A stretch of 63,684 nucleotides of DNA, counting the filler. It is 3 parts of 3 records of this genome, joined end to end, with 100 filler letters (N's around TTAATTAATTAA, not from the genome) between each part and the next. Parts side by side here need not be neighbours in the genome. Positions count along the whole stretch, not along the records: positions 1 to 26,787 come from SRR20825019_1991; 2 more parts are not named here. The stretch is one strand, 5' to 3'. Of this stretch, positions 10,382 through 22,849 are shown piece by piece. The position numbers and the translations under genes were made by a program. The notes beneath the pieces are model-generated. The model had not been told where the DNA came from. It ran no database searches and saw only the letters and a list, made by a program, of their open reading frames with translations. Position 1 is the stretch's first letter, and every line of letters begins with the position of its first letter.

Positions 10382-12816
10382 ATGGAGTGGGAGCGACAGG
10401 CCTCCTACACCTTCAAGGTAAGTTGGGCGGTGAGGTTGGCGGCGTGGGGGATAACAGTTTCTCTTTCTTTCAGTTCCTTGAGGCCAAGACTGGGCCGCCG
10501 CGGGTGCAGTTTCAAAGTGCCATGGCCCAGGCGAGAAGCAGTGACCTAAAGTTTAAGCAGAAAAAAGCCGGGTAGGAGTGCTGTGACCTGACTGTGACTA
10601 GCTACTGAGGGTCGTTTCAGGGTTTCGAAAGGTTCGCCTATAGGGGGCCAGGCCGCCCTGCAACGGAGTTCATCTCCCGGAAAACTGCGCATACAGCCAA
10701 GCGCTCCATCGCCCAACACAGGGCTCCCTCCCTTAGTGCAGCGAAGCAAGAATGGCCCAGCTAAGGCAATACCGCGAGCCTCGTTTGGTGTTCTCGGTCG
10801 GAATCTCATGTTCCGTCCCCACATGAAGCTGGGGGCTTCGCCGGACAGGCTGTCGCCAATGCCCGATGGGGCGCTCTGTGGTGTGCAAGAGATGCTGCCG
10901 GGACGGCCGCTTTCAGCAGGCACGGCTGGAGACGCTTGTCTGAGTGTTCCCTTCATTAAGCTAGAGACCTATGATAGCGGGGAGGATCGGTCCACGTCGA
11001 CGAGTTCTGGGTCCTCACGCGTTGATGATAAGGCGTCGGTCTCAGACGAGATCATTGCTCTTCCAAGGCAGTTGCAGGACGGCAGTGCGTGTTCATCACT
11101 GGGTTCTGTAGGGAGCGACGACAGCATTTTATCGCATAGACGATCTGACACCGACGATGGGGATATCAAGACTGCCATGTTCGTGAACACCCTGAGCAAT
11201 CTCACCAACAAAATTGCCGGCATCAAAGTCAGCCCTCACCCCCAGTGGCCCCAGAAGAAGCCTCGACGGCCTCGTGCCATTGACGATTTGCCCGAGGACA
11301 TCATCTGGATGATCATTGGATATCTAAGGTACGACGCCGGAGGGTGTCCTGCACCTACGAAGCCTAACTGATCTTGTGCAGTGTTGGTGACATCCATTCC
11401 CTGGGTCGCACGTGCTCGCGGTTGTGGAAGCTCGCCAGCTCCGACTACGTTTGGAAGGTAATTTGACGGTTGCGCCGTATTGTACCTGTCATGGGTCTGA
11501 CATAGACTTGGCAGCCAATGTACAAGGCGCGATGGAGCACTTGGATACCGGGAAAGGGGAGCGGCCCACGGCAGCGGAAGTGGTTCAACAACTATCGGCG
11601 GCGGTTCCGTTCCTCCCTGCATTGGTTTGAGGCGGATTATGAAGCCAAGCCCCTGGCGGGGCACACGGACTCGGTGCTGGCGCTCTGCAACCGCGAGGAT
11701 GGCATTCTCGCCTCGGGGAGTCGTGATGGGACCTGTCGTCTGTGGAGCTTGGACAAGATGCGCGAAATTAACTGCATTACATGTGAGGAGGAGGCGCGGG
11801 TGTGTTGATGATAGATTTCTGATATTCCGTGGCAGATTCTGAATGCGCGCCGCTCTCAGGCGGGGAGCGATGTTGCCGTGCTGCAATCTTGGACGAGAGG
11901 ACATTGGTGTGCTCATTCGCGGGGGATTTCAGCATCATCCCCGAGTATCGCCGGTGTGTGGGGGCCTGCGAGCCATCATCTATTCGGCTGCGTCAATACA
12001 ATGTTCAAGCGAACGGTAGCGACATCGCGTCCATGTCGTTTTGCCAGGAAAGGAAGGTGATAACAGGAAATATGAGCGGCGGAGTTGCGCTGTGGGATAT
12101 TTCGATCGGGACGAAGGTGGCGGAGTTGGTTGGTCACATGGGGTCGGTGGATGCCGTGAAATGCCAGGATGGTGCTTCGGTCTGGACGGTGTGCGAAGAT
12201 GGCTTTCTCCGCATGTTTGATATCAGAGCATCCAATGCTTGTGTGGTTCAGTTCCAGGCTCACAGTGAGTACCCCGCGGACGGATAATCCCACTGCGCTC
12301 TCTAACTCTTCTTTTATCTCAGAGGGCGAGCTGTCAGCACTAGACATGTGCCGTGATACGATCGCAACGGGAGGGATGGATGGCAATATCCGCACGTGGG
12401 ACGCGCGTGCCTTGACAACCTCTCGAGTAGCGACCGGTCCGACGCCCCTTCTCACGTAAGTACTCGCATTTCATGAGCACATACAGTGATGTTTACTTCT
12501 GGATTGTAACAGATTGGAGGGTGTTCATGGCGACTGGGTGTCTGATATCGTCCTTGACGACGACAAAGTGGTCTCTGGGGGATGGGACACCCTGGTCTCA
12601 CTCCAGGAGATACGGTCGCCCGAGATCAACCAGGACCCCAAGAGGGATTACCGCCTCAACTGGAATGGATTCACCATGCAGGAGAAGAAAGATCGCTCCA
12701 CAAGCGCACAGATGCGGCACCACAAGGGTGCCGTGTATGCATTGCAGCCACTGCAAGACGGTGTGGCGACTGCGGGGGCGGACAACGACGTGTTCGTCTG
12801 CGTGAACCAGCGGTGA
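10382..12816 (+). CDS. F-box/WD40-repeat protein, multi-exon (start approximate)
   Basis: F-box IDDLPEDIIWMIIGYL; WD40 repeats LAGHTDSVLAL..ASGSRDGTCRLWSL, LVGHMGSVDAV..DGFLRMFDI, ATGGMDGNIRTWD, VHGDWVSDI..VVSGGWD; disordered Ser-rich N-terminus. Confidence 0.85.
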
Positions 12817-12864
12817 TCGCCTGCGAATCCCTCATCATTTTGGCACTGCACCTGGCCCTGGCCC

Positions 12865-13683
12865 TCATGTGTCGCCTTTGGGCGCCGGCCTGGACGTTGC
12901 TGGCTCCAGCAGTGGCGACAACGTCACAAGAGTGTGAGCCGGAGTAAAGGCTCGTCCGAGCATCCTTTCATCAATATTGTCGTTATCCCGCCCCAACTCT
13001 TCACCCAGGAGCCCAGCACCGTGCCCGTGTCCACGCCCGCCGCCCCCACTACTGGGGACCAGGTCGTCGAACAGACCGCGGATGTCCAGTGTATCGCCCC
13101 CGAGGGTGACCTGCACTTCAGGCACCTCCGCATGCTCACCAGCAACGCCAGGACGTATGGCGTCGCGGGCCGCGGCCATCGCCTCCACCGACTCCGTTAC
13201 CTGCCGTGACTTGGTTGCATTCTGTAACGTCCTTCGAAGCAGCTTCTCTTCCCATATGAGCCTCTTAAGCTCGCTCTGCACGCGGTTCTGCATCCGCTGC
13301 AAGATCGCTTCCTGCCGCTGCAGTCTCCCAAGGGAACCTGATACAGTCAAAACCAGTCAATAACCACACGCCCCGACCCCTGCTCCACTCACTGCGAAAG
13401 GAGTCAAAGCCGATGTTTAGAGTCTGCATAGGCTTTGTACCCTTGTCCTTCCGGGAGGGGCCGGGCCGCCTCGTGCTGTCTCAGTGTTAGTGCCTCACGC
13501 TTTGCACTGTCTCTTTACGCACTAATATGCTCTCTTAGGACTTGCTCCCGGCGAGGTCTTCTCTATTGACTTTCGGCTCCTGTAACACACGAGTCACCAT
13601 CATGCAGAGACCACGCATGGAACCAGTTCGCACCCTGGACTGCGGGGAGGGGATGGCACGGCAAACTGGGTCTTTTCCGTCAT
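12865..13683 (-). CDS. coiled-coil protein with a SNAPC5 (SNAP19)-like helix, 4 exons
   Basis: Three GT-AG introns splice in frame from ATG at 13683 (MTEKTQFAVPSPPRSPG...) to LGRLQRQEAILQRMQNRVQSELKRLIWEEKLL. Confidence 0.6.
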
Positions 13684-14443
13684 TACCGCGCGCTCGACTT
13701 GGTCCGCAATGCTGAACAGAGAGTGTTATATCAACCCCACGACAGTGCTCCTCACACCACCCCACAACGTTACGGTGGCGTGCCCGCAGCTTGGTGCGGC
13801 GGCGGCGTCGGCGGGGGCATAGGCAGGCCCCCCGGCCGGATGCCGGGCCCGCTTGGCCAGCGCCGGCCCGCTGCCCGGGCCCGGCGCCCCCGCGTAAAGC
13901 CTGAACGGGTCGTCGCCCTCCCTCGCCGGCAGGCAGAGCCCGGGGGCGCCGGCGCGTCACGGGAATTCGGCTCATGTAAGGGTACAACCGCGAGCTCAGT
14001 AGAGGGCCCGACCTGCCATGCTCCCTGTCACTCAACACTCACTGGTAGCTGGGGATGAAGTTCCGTTCCGGCTCTCCCCAGTGGCCCGGCGGTGCCAAGA
14101 ATAGACACCCTTACTTGATCTGGGCCCTATCATTTCCGGGCGGGCCCGGCCGGGGCCCGGCGCGCCCGGCCGGCGCCCGCGCCCGGCCGGCGCGGCCGGG
14201 CTGCTCTGCACGGATGATGCCGTGCATGCTGGGGACGTAGGAGCCACGACTTCACACATCCGCTAGTAGTGTCGGCCGGTCAGTCGCATGCCACGAGCGA
14301 GCCGGCTGTTATTGCTGTGTAGAAACAGACTCCATTCCCGAGCAGACTGGTCCTCCGCGGCAGTAGCGCCACCTGCACTCCACTGGGCCCTCTGTACATA
14401 TGTGGGACATATGGAGTACTGCAACAACTCAGAACGACAACAC

Positions 14444-15432
14444 ATGGCGTCCTTAAGGAACGCGATCAAACGGAAGACGCACAAGGAGCGCTCGCAGCCC
14501 CAACACCGCGCCAAGCTCGGCCTCCTTGAAAAGCACAGCGACTATGTGGAGCGGGCACGGAACTACCATGAAAAGGAAAAGCGGCTTGGTATTCTGAAGG
14601 AGAAGGCGGTGAACCGCAACCCGGATGAGTTCTACTTTGGAATGGAAAAGACTGGAACAAAGGTACTGGCAGGTGTTGTACGGGGTTAAGTGTCGTTGCT
14701 GACTAGGCTCCAGGATGGTGTGCATATGCTGGCAAATGGAAAGAGTCTCACGGCAAAACAAACGAAAAACCTGAAAACGAGCGACTTACAGTATCTCAAA
14801 ATGAAAACAGCCGCAGAGAATAGTGTATGTGTGCCGAGGGGGGTGGACTGCTGAGACTGAAGCGAAATTTGCAGAAAATATCCAAGCTACAAAGTGGGCT
14901 GCATGTGTTGGCCACCGAGGAGAAACTGAACAGCCACACTATATTTGTGGACGACGAGCGAGAGGCCCGGGAGTTCGACCCCGTGAAACACTTTGATACT
15001 GTGGAAGAGCTGATTGACTGCGCACACAATAGGCCGACGGTGGAGGTGCTGCAGGTAAGTGTGGTGAAGCCGGTGGCACATTGAATGTGACTGGGGGGTT
15101 GAATCTAACTTGGGGTTCGAGTCTAACTTGGCGTTGTGCAGAACGCAACGGTGCTTGGGACTACAGACAAGAGGTCGCTGAAGAAGATTGAGAAGATGAA
15201 GTCGCGGTCTTATCGCGAGTTAGGGGAGAGGGAGAAGAGGAAAACGGCATTGACGGACCTGGAGGCGGATCTCCAGCTGCAAAAGAACTTGTTGGTGAGT
15301 CACTGCCTGGCCGGTTGCCACGGGGTGCTGATGCAGGCGTGCTTGTAGGGTAAAGGGAAACGGAAGAAGGTGTCGGATGGAGTCAACGGGGGCCCCGCCG
15401 TGTACAAATGGGCCAAGCAGCGCAGGCGATAA
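14444..15432 (+). CDS. UTP11: U3 snoRNA-associated protein 11, multi-exon
   Basis: [46 protein letters not shown]-terminal [10 protein letters not shown]. Confidence 0.95.
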
Positions 15433-15439
15433 CCGCATG

Positions 15440-15480
15440 AAGCGGCGCACACAAAGCGGCGCACATAAAGCGGCGCACAT
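15440..15480 (+). repeat. 14-bp tandem repeat x3 in the UTP11 3' region
   Basis: AAGCGGCGCACACA / AAGCGGCGCACATA / AAGCGGCGCACAT. Confidence 0.85.
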
Positions 15481-15650
15481 CCTCATCACATCTCCAAGGT
15501 TTTCGTGATTTTATTTCGCTTTTTTTCGTTTCTAAAAAGAGGCCGCGGACGCTAATCAACTAGCCAAGCCGTCCCGGCAGCACCGCGGGCACACGCCGTA
15601 CCCGCGGCGAGCCATCACCATTCAGGCCGAAGGGCTTGCGGGGGTTGCCA

Positions 15651-16689
15651 TCACGCCTTGGTCGGGGTGGAGGGAGGGTTGGATTGGACCGACGGGCGGC
15701 GGCACTTTGGACACTTCCGATCACCCATCTCCACCCCATCCAGAGTGGGATACATATGGCTCACGGGCATAGTGCGCGGCGACCTGAGAAGGGTTTGGCG
15801 GACCGCATTGAGGAACTCCTGGGAGGCATCCTTGTACTTCTTGAACAACTTGATCGAGTAGATCGCATCCATCTCCGGATTGTGAACACCATCCTGGATG
15901 TCCACGTCGAGAAGCCACAGCACCTCATGGCGCAGAGAGAACCAAATCGCGTTCTTGCCCTTGTCATTTTCAATACGGAACATGAACGCAAGGTCCACAT
16001 AGCTGTGGAAGTCCTTCCCGATCTCAAGCGACAGCCACTCGATATCCTTCTGAATGCCCTGGCCTACCAGCACCGCATTGCTGGGAAGCACTTTCTTCAC
16101 ACCGGCCAGCGCCTCCTCCAAGGGGATTCCCTTCTCAATGTCCTCTGGGGTCAGCCCTATAACAAAACTCAGTCACAAACTGGCTCACGAGCCCCACCCT
16201 CATAGGCATACCGGTTATGGTTGTAAGGCATGAGAACACAGGCTCAGAAGGCTTCACGACGACTGAATAAACGACCTCCTCGTCAAAGTTCGACACCGCC
16301 ACCCGGGCCACGGCGCGATCACAGTGGTGTGGGCCAGTTGCCACGCTCTCTACGTCAACGGAGAAGAAGGGGCCATCCTTGTTGTAATCTACACTGCAAG
16401 CCACCGGCATCTTGGAGACGATCAGCTCCATGTCGGCACCTTCCTGCTTCTTCTTCTCCGGGGGAGGCGCAGGGGCACCCTCGTGGGAGAACCGGCACGC
16501 CGCTCCGTTTTTGCACGCTCCCTTCAAAAAGAACCGACACACCTTGCTGTCAGACGGCGCCGCGGGCTTGACTGGGCTCGGGGGGCCTCTGTTCGCAGGC
16601 GGATCAACGTGAGCAAACGCACAAGCAGCTCCCCGGGAGCAACCGCCCTGTTGAAAGAACCTGCATGGTATTTCTGCGCGTGCGTCCAT
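15651..16689 (-). CDS. tandem CCCH zinc finger plus DEDDh (REX4-like) 3'-5' exonuclease, 1 intron
   Basis: Two C-x7-C-x5-C-x3-H fingers (CRFFQQGGCSRGAACAFAH; CRFFLKGACKNGAACRFSH); ExoI SVDVESV, ExoII LVGQGIQKD, ExoIII HNPEMDA; intron ~16157-16209. Confidence 0.9.
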
Positions 16690-17751
16690 GGCTACAGTTG
16701 GATGGCAAGCCTTAGCGGACGTTACAGACGGGCATATTTGTTTGTTGTGATCACAGCGATCACACGAGGCCTTGCGGTGATCTCACATAGTCCGAACTCG
16801 GGCAAGAACGGCCTGGGAGGTGTTCACGTGGCGAGGAAGCGACAACTGAGCTCGATGAGACAAATGCAACAGGCTCGGTGTGGGTGTTGGGCGTCACACA
16901 ATGATGGATGCTCGGCGGTCCGGAGGAGGCCACACTTTGACAAGGCACGCGAAGCCATCCCCTCCGGCCAGCGGCCTCCCGCGGTCGGCCTCAGCACCCC
17001 CTGAAGGGCAACGGGGCGGAGTGGCAGGGCCAGCCGAGCAGCGGGCCAGCGCGGGCGGGCGCGCCGGGCACCGCCCCGACCGGCACCGGGACCGCCCGGC
17101 CGGCCGGCCGAGCCGGACTGCCCGGCCGCCGGGGATCGGTGTGTCACCCGGCGCCGGAGACAGCCTGCCCGGCCTCCCGCGGCCCGGCCGGCGGCCGCGG
17201 CGCGGCGCTTCGTCGACACCGGGCGGGCCCGGCCGGGCCCACCGGCCCGGCCGGGCCAAGCTCGCATCGGTCCGGCGGTGGCCCACCAGTTTGGCGCACA
17301 TCCTGGCCGTCCGGTCGCCGGGGCCGCCAGCAGGCCGGCCTGCCGTGCGGCTGGGCCCGGTCAGGTCCGTCGGGCCAGGTCGGGCTTGCCCTTGGCTCCC
17401 GCCGAGTCGCCGGGCTTGCCGGGTGGTGCGACAGTGCGGACCCAGACGATCGGACCACCCGCCCCAGACGGATCGGATCTGAATCCACCAGGCGGCCGGC
17501 CCGTGCCGTGGGGGACTGATCGTAGGTCCCGGTCCCGATCAATGGTTTCCTGTCGATCAGACCTGGCCATTGCACCGGAGTACAACCGTGGGTGGGGGCA
17601 GTCACGTTTCATCAGCTTGACGCCAGCTCTCGGATCATGGCAGGTTCACTCAACCGGGCTTGCCTGAGGTGATAGGGGATCGTGCCAGCTCACACGAACC
17701 AAAACGAATAAGAAAAGCCTGAACACGCACAGTTTGAGATACAATTTGGCG

Positions 17752-19777
17752 TTAGTTAGCCACTTTGATCTTCTTGGTGACAGAGGCCTTGATGCTGCCC
17801 TCCGCCTGTCTCTTTCCCGTCTTTCCAGTCATGTCCGTGCCTCCACCATTCTCCTCTGGGTCAATCTGACGGAGTTCCGCGTCAATCGCCTCGACCTGGG
17901 GTCGCTGGACGTAGCGACGAATCTTCGAAAGAAGATGCCTGTTGGGCTCAAATACGATCTTGATGCCCACAAACTAATCCACAATCAGACAAAACATGGA
18001 TTGATGTTCCGGCAACTCACCTCCAGCACGGACGATGGCTTGAGATGCCGCACCTTCTGTGGCGGCACGGTGCGTCCATTCAACGTGACGCTGTGTTTTC
18101 CTGTGTTCTTGATGTAGAATTGGCCGTCCCTCTTCAGCTTCACCACAGCCTGCTTCCTCGAGACGGATTTGAGGGATTGATTATTGTCCTGCAATGCCAT
18201 CAGTCTAAATCTCCGAATAAAATTGTCAACCTAGTTGCGCCTACTCTTGTTAAGTCGACATCCGCCTTAACGTGTTCGGAGGACCGTCCTATCGAGATCT
18301 CCTTGGACTTCATGAACACCTTCAGATTCGTTCCCTTAAACATCGCAAGAGAAGTCCGGGCCTCCTCCCCGTCCCAGTCACCATTGATGTCTGCTGTTAG
18401 CTGAGCAACATGGCGGCGGTGCCGTCTTTCCATGCGCTTAAGGCCTTAAAGTAATTCTTAGTTAGCCATATGCAATGTCAGTAGATGTATCACGTACTCC
18501 GGCCAAAGTTCTCTGTGTCTTCCGATGCTAGATGTTTGAATATGGACTGCGGGGCCTTGAATGTGTGGTGGCTCTGTCCGGTCGTGAATTCCAACGCAGC
18601 GTACGGAACGCTCAGGGAGTCATCAACAGCCTTCATCCTCCCAAAATGCTCCTTCAGGCTGCATTCAGGTCAGCGCAACCGCAAATCGAAGTGGGGACAT
18701 GTCCTACCTATCAGCCGTGCGGGAGCAGTGGAAGTTATTGCGGTAAGCGGTCAAAATCGCTTCAAAATCAATACTCCCCGAGGAGTTCTGGAAGCATCAC
18801 AGTCAGCCAACACCAGCCACAAATCTACATCTAATTCATCAGACCAGTTGCTCCAGTGCCGCCGTACGCAGCAGTTCCTCCTCGAGAACCCCAAATGGAG
18901 CGCGAGTGTTTGTCACCTTGACGCCCCTTCCCTTCAGAACCTCCTTAATCAGCCCTCTGCGGCCAAGTTAGACGCGCTACACTGGCGAAACACGCTTACT
19001 AACGCCGTATCATCTCCGTATAAGAGGGCGTGCCACCTGTTGATAATGTTGTCTAGAGAATAGTTTCGGGAGAATTTCACCTACAAGAGCCAGATTCAAT
19101 GCTCCTGACCGTCTAGCAAATCTATGACAAGTGCCCTCGGTATCAGCGTACCTGCTCAAATACTGCCCGCATATCTTGCAAGTGTTCCACGGACTGCTTC
19201 AAAAGGAGATCGTCCTTCACCGTCCATTTTCCAGTGGCAGTAGCAGCGACTGTGTGGCACAAGCAAAGTTCAGGGAGCCCACTCAATACAAGAAAGTAAT
19301 GCTTTCACGTCACACAACGATGAGAGTAAAACGAAAGAAATGAAAACAAATACAAAACCCCCCGATAACATGAAACTCCAAACAAAAAAAAGGTTAAAAG
19401 AAACAGAAGAAATGAAATGTGAAAAATAAAAGAAAAAACGAATTCTTTTTCCCAAAGAAAATCAAAGAGAGAAAAAAACAATTCCAATTCAGAAACCTGT
19501 TTCCTGGCATACCTTCCACCTTGTCTTCCTCACCATGCTTCCGGGCGTCGGTAAAGTGGAGCACTTCGGCTTTCTTCCGGGCTGGGGTACCGCCGAGGGC
19601 ATCAATATCCTCGATTTTGCGTTGCACACGCACTCTCGTGCTCTGCCGCACCGGTGCCGCAACCTCGGCTTTCTTCCGGACCCGCTTCGGTTTATCAGCA
19701 GCATCGTCCGCCAACTTGGGCTGCGAGCCTCCAACATCCATGGGCTCCGCCTGGCCAGTGCTGTCCTGTGGCTCCAT
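17752..19777 (-). CDS. MCRS1: microspherule protein 1 (MCRS_N plus FHA), multi-exon
   Basis: WTVKDDLLLKQSVEH..VKFSRNYSLDNIINRWHALLY (MCRS_N); FHA region EISIGRSS..VDL..VSRKQAVVKLKRDGQFYIKNTGK. Confidence 0.88.
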
Positions 19778-20811
19778 CCCCAGATATCTGACACCAAATA
19801 TTGACCCCTAGTAGGGGCGGCATTTATCTCAGTAGTGCAGCAATAGTGAGGTTTTCGAGTCTGAAAGGTGCTGAACTAGGCGAGCTTCGGACCTCAAACT
19901 AGCGTTGTCCTTCCGCGAAGTCACCGAGTGAAAGTGGCTGCAGGGAATCTCAAGGGCATGACTGCAACCCAAGCAAGTGGCGACGCGTTCCGCCTGCGGC
20001 GGCCGCGACTGGACGGCCATGGCGAGAGTGTGAGGCCAGCCTCCCCGGCCCGGGCGTCGCCGCTCGGACGGCGCGCCGGGCACTCTGGGGACTGCCGGGG
20101 CCGGGCCGGGGGCGTGGCGGCGGCTCCCGGCTCCCGGCGGGCTCGGTGCGCCCCGGCCCGTGCATCGGGGGGGGCCGCCCCGCCGCGCGGCCGTCCTGGA
20201 ACCGGACCAAAACTTGAAAACCAACGGAACATTCCCAACTGGGGATACAAAATTGTAGAATGTTTACTCAGTCACCGCTGCATTCATTGGTGGCATGAAC
20301 CAAGACTGACGACTGAGGGTTTCGAACGAATAAATCCTTTGTTCAGTTCTTAGACCGTCGTGAGCTGGGCGCCCTCAAGCGCTGTAGTTGAGGGGACGGA
20401 CGGAGAGCGCGGAACTTCCGGAACTTCGCACGAGGCCAGGCTGGTGTGGGCATGAACCGACATCCCCGGGCCGGCGGGCGGGTCCTCGGGCTCGGGCGCA
20501 GACCGGGACCGCGCGAGGGCCGGCCCGGCCGGACCCGGCAGCCAGCTGGGGCGGTGTCGGGTCTCATCGGCGGCTCCAGCCGGCGGCCGCCCCCGCCAGC
20601 CCCCGCCCGTCGGGAGCCCAGCCTGACCACGACGCGTACCGGATGGCTCCTGCATGCTGCCGTAGTGAGAACCAGCCCCGCTTGCAAAGTTCCGGTTGGT
20701 CCCGCAAGGGCATCGAACCGGCGGACGCGCCCCCACCGACATACCGACGCTTAATTCCTATAAATACAGTGTTCTGAGAGGCTCTTCTACAGGTCTCGGT
20801 ATTAAGTTAAT

Positions 20812-22254
<1,443 letters not shown>

Positions 22255-22849
22255 AAATGCCGTCCACCAGCACGGTCCCCACCGTCGCAGGTGGGCCTCT
22301 GGTTATTCGTGCTTTACCTTATTCAGTTACCTATCACTCGGCTGTCGCTTCAGTTCAACCGTCCGCGGCGTGGCAAACGTCAGTGACGACAACAATGAGT
22401 TACCTATATATAGTATACACACGTACACAGAATGTCCGATTGTAGACTCTCGGATTGGGAGCCGCAGGGCGGCCAGTGCGGTCGGACCCGGGAGGTCACT
22501 GCGGCGGCCGTCCGGTCCCCCGGTCGGCCCCCGGGCCCCCCGGGGCCCGGGCCCCGGCGCCCGGCACACCGGCGCCGCCGCGCGGCCGTGGTGGGAAGTA
22601 GTCCAGCCCCCGCCCCGCCTGGCAGGCAGGGTACCGGCGGCCCGGCTCATGAAAGCGATATGGCCTAGCTTCGTTGCCGGCTCACGCCGCGGCTCCCGTC
22701 CCCCGCAGCCCTAGGCTACTACAGAACTGGGCCGGAGCTGAGTTGGCAAGCCAACGTGAAGCCGTCCCATCTTTAATTAATCTGGCCGGACTAGCAAAGT
22801 AACATAGTGTGCCGTAGCCACAGCACGCGCCTAGTCGTGGTGTGGGGAT

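Noticed and set aside
15094-15130. Duplicated GGGGTT..TCTAACTT unit in a UTP11 intron
   Set aside because: Small tandem duplication of the branch-site region with no sign of wider significance
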